A stretch of 64,000 nt of DNA from Lingula anatina (taxonomy: Eukaryota > Animalia > Brachiopoda). Below are positions 60,940 through 64,000 of the stretch, piece by piece (positions within the stretch are counted from its first letter, which is position 1; every line of letters begins with the position of its first letter). Made by a program: the position numbers and the translations under genes. The notes under the pieces are model-generated. The model was given only the letters and a program-made list of their open reading frames with translations. It searched no databases and was not told where the DNA came from. The stretch lies in the NCBI GenBank assembly GCA_051362555.1, contig CM120641.1, forward strand, positions 17,980,001 to 18,044,000. The letters are read 5' to 3'.

Positions 60940-63103
60940 CATTTTCGCCCAGAAGAAATGCCAATATTAAGAAAAAAAAAGTAATCCAAAACAGGACACA
61001 GTGTTTGTACTTCTAAGAATATAATTCAATTCATAGCTGAACTTTTCCAAAACAGCAGAATATGGATACTTGGCGAGTCTTCCAATTGATGAACACAATG
61101 TTTATTCTTGACTAAAATCAACACATTTGCTGTGGGAAATAAATCTTTACTGTTCTACACATCACCTGTTTGATATATATTGCATAAAGCACATCGACAG
61201 GACACCAAGAAATTTTCTTCATTGATCTATTTGCACTTAAAGACACTAGAAACTTGGCCACATATCTTATTCTCCACAATTAAATTAGCCAAGGTGCATA
61301 TCTATAATTAATGCATATCCGTAATTAATGTTAAAGATAAAAATGCAAAATATGTTTGTATTCTCCAAAATGTATACAGTTCAGTAATGGTGGGTAAACA
61401 GTATACAAAATTTATATTTCATAATAGATTATAAGTGCTTATGTCTACATGAAATCATGTAATAATAATTTTGTTGACGTAATATAAAACAAATATTTTA
61501 TGACCTAAAGTGATCCAAAAATCATTGCACTGGTCACATCAATACAAAAACCCTGTGATAAAAGGAAGGTTTTCTTTCAACCAAACTGTATCCAGGAAAA
61601 TGCTACTTAAGGGTGATACTACTTATCTTTATTACATATAATGGTTATATGGCAGTCCAGAGTCATTATATTGTTTCCTGCTGCCTCCTTTTTGTACATA
61701 TACTTGTAGCTATACCTTTTCACCAGTACATACTACATTCATTTTTGTTAAATTTATTATAAATGCTACATGTGGCTGGTAACAGCTGCCACCTAGTGAA
61801 GTATTTTTCTTCTATGTTTCATATGTACCACAATTTCAGGTAGATTAGGTATTATGGAATGCCATAAAGCTTGGTCCTTAATTCATTTCATAAAGAAATG
61901 AAAAAAGGAATTCTTATCATACTAAAATATTGGCAACATATCCATACAGTGGGTGAGGGGAATAAAACTAATTGCATTTTTTTGCAGAATTTTTCCTAAA
62001 GTGAACACATTATTGTTATAGTTTTTTGATGATAAAGTTTATTAAGCAAATGAATAAGTCACATCTGGTAAAAAATATCTTATCCTGAAAAATAGACAAC
62101 TCTTATTTGATAAACACTAAGTATCCACCAAAAGCTGTGAATGTAGATAAGGTAAAGAATCCTTATTCTATGATGCCCACAAAAATGGATAAACCACAAA
62201 AACCTTTCCTTCCAGTTCCCATAAAAGGTTACAAACCACCACAATATACCCTGGACGATAAAACTCTCTAAAACAAGTGGCAAAAAACTATAATAACCAT
62301 GATTTAAACCTCAGACTTTTGCTGCCTTTTCATGAAGTTTACAGCACCAACTACAAGCTCTTAGGGCCCATTCCCAACAAACTAATCTTTCTACGAAGAT
62401 CGATCCAACTCTGCAGGAACTCTAGCTGAATGCAATCAGATTAAGAGATTAGGACGCCTCCTCTTGTTTCCAAGGTACTCTTATAATCACCAGCTTTTCT
62501 GTATTCTACTTACAGCCAACCTACTGACTTATCACTTACATTGGTTTTATTTGTAAAATCCAACATACTGCCTATGAAATTCATTTCAACTTATAACCTG
62601 TCATCTTACATGATATTTGAAGTGTTAAAGGGCAATTAAGAAAAATGCGGATAATTAATTTTACCCCATGGCTGTTCACTATGTTAATAAAGTGTCAAAA
62701 CACACACAAACACAAACACACACACATACACACACACACAGGTGCATGCACATGCATGCGCACACACACACGTCTGTATTTCTATGATGTTGGTACCTTA
62801 ATCTTCATACAAACAGGAGCCAGAGGGTTCCAGCTATCATTCCTATGCTCAACTCAGCATATAATAATTCAGCTAAACATTATTCAGTTTGCTGTATATT
62901 ACACACATAAAAAAGTTCTTCTTTTCATCACTTCATCATTGACAGGGTTGAAAATACTAACTGGAAAAAAAAAGAAAATGTCTCTAAGTAACACCAAGTT
63001 ATCTCTTTTGTCTTATCTAAATATAGCTTCTGACATTACAGGAACAAATTTCAAAACATACACCTACTTATCTGAACTAAATAAAGTCATTCTCAAGTTT
63101 TTC

Positions 63104-63163
63104 TTTTACTCCATTTGGTCTCTTCTGAGATGTGTTTTACTCCATCTGGTCTCCTCTGAGATA
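63104..63163. repeat. 31-bp tandem duplication (ttttactccatytggtctcytctgagat)
   Basis: Two near-identical adjacent copies. Confidence 0.8.
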
Positions 63164-64000
63164 AGTCTTCATCACTGGTCTTGACAAAGTTCTTTACAGA
63201 AATTTTATCTAAAACTTTCCCCAGAATGCTGAACGAAAATCTGTTACACATCCATCACGACCTACTCTTCCATCATCACAGCAATTCCTCGCAAAGAATT
63301 TTGCCGTGGCAATCCTTTAGAGAATGGGGATCAAAACCTTTCCAAAATGAATCCGAATTCCATGCAATTCCACGTCCCAACAAGACCATATAGTTTACTA
63401 TCCCCGCTGATCAAATATCCAATTTGGAAAAGGCACTTGCAGAAAACAACTTACACAAACACAGGCTTCTCAGCTACCTGTAGAGGTGGCTGTTCTCCTG
63501 CCTCCAGGATTCTGGTTAATTTTGCTTTTTTGCCAATTTGGCTTCAGTAACGTAATAGATAGTTTCTGCTTTACTCAACTGACACATGTCTCTACAGGCT
63601 GTAGCCCACCAGTCACAGCTCTCATTAGAATCTGGCCCCTTTCCCTGGCTTGCTACTTCAATTGCGCGAAAGAAACTGTTATGAGCAACCATCGTTAAAA
63701 TGACACTATTCAGATAAAAAGATAGTAATATAAATAGTTCTTAAGCTCTCTTCTATAATATTCCAAGTGCAGAAAAACTTTTCTTTTGTCATCAATTAAT
63801 ATTATAATAAATCATTGCATGATACAAAATTAACAGAAATTAACTGAAAAAAATATTTCATTGAAAGTTTCTTGAAATTCAATCATCAACAAACCTTAAC
63901 AAACTTTCCTTCGAACAAAGGACAATGATTAAACAAAACACACACAACTTTTCTAATATAAGGGAAGACAGTTCTTTATCTCCTATTCATGAGGCAAACT

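Noticed and set aside
62645-63184. 179-aa plus-strand ORF
   Set aside because: Runs through CA repeats and an A-run, has no recognisable domain or exon structure; spurious.

Overview
AT-rich animal (invertebrate, probably lophotrochozoan/mollusc; inferred) genomic DNA, with no prokaryotic features. The whole window lies inside one minus-strand gene, the 3' half of a Trio/Kalirin-family RhoGEF-kinase. I hand-spliced 31 GT-AG exons (55149 down to 1848, 4461 nt, about 1486 aa plus stop) with consistent phases. They encode SH3, a linker, DH2-PH2 (RhoA GEF with the Galpha-q-binding extension), SH3, Ig, FN3 and a DAPK/MLCK/titin-type Ser/Thr kinase; the last exon is less certain. The Sec14, spectrin and GEF1 exons should lie beyond position 64000. 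The large introns hold several phase-matched candidate alternative first exons (58280, 37845, 29752, 25378), one with a well-spaced bZIP-TATA-Inr promoter. They also hold three RFX X-box motifs, a candidate 30-nt microexon, several MITEs (PIF/Harbinger-like and TTAA-type) and microsatellites. All isoform calls are sequence inferences that need RNA data.
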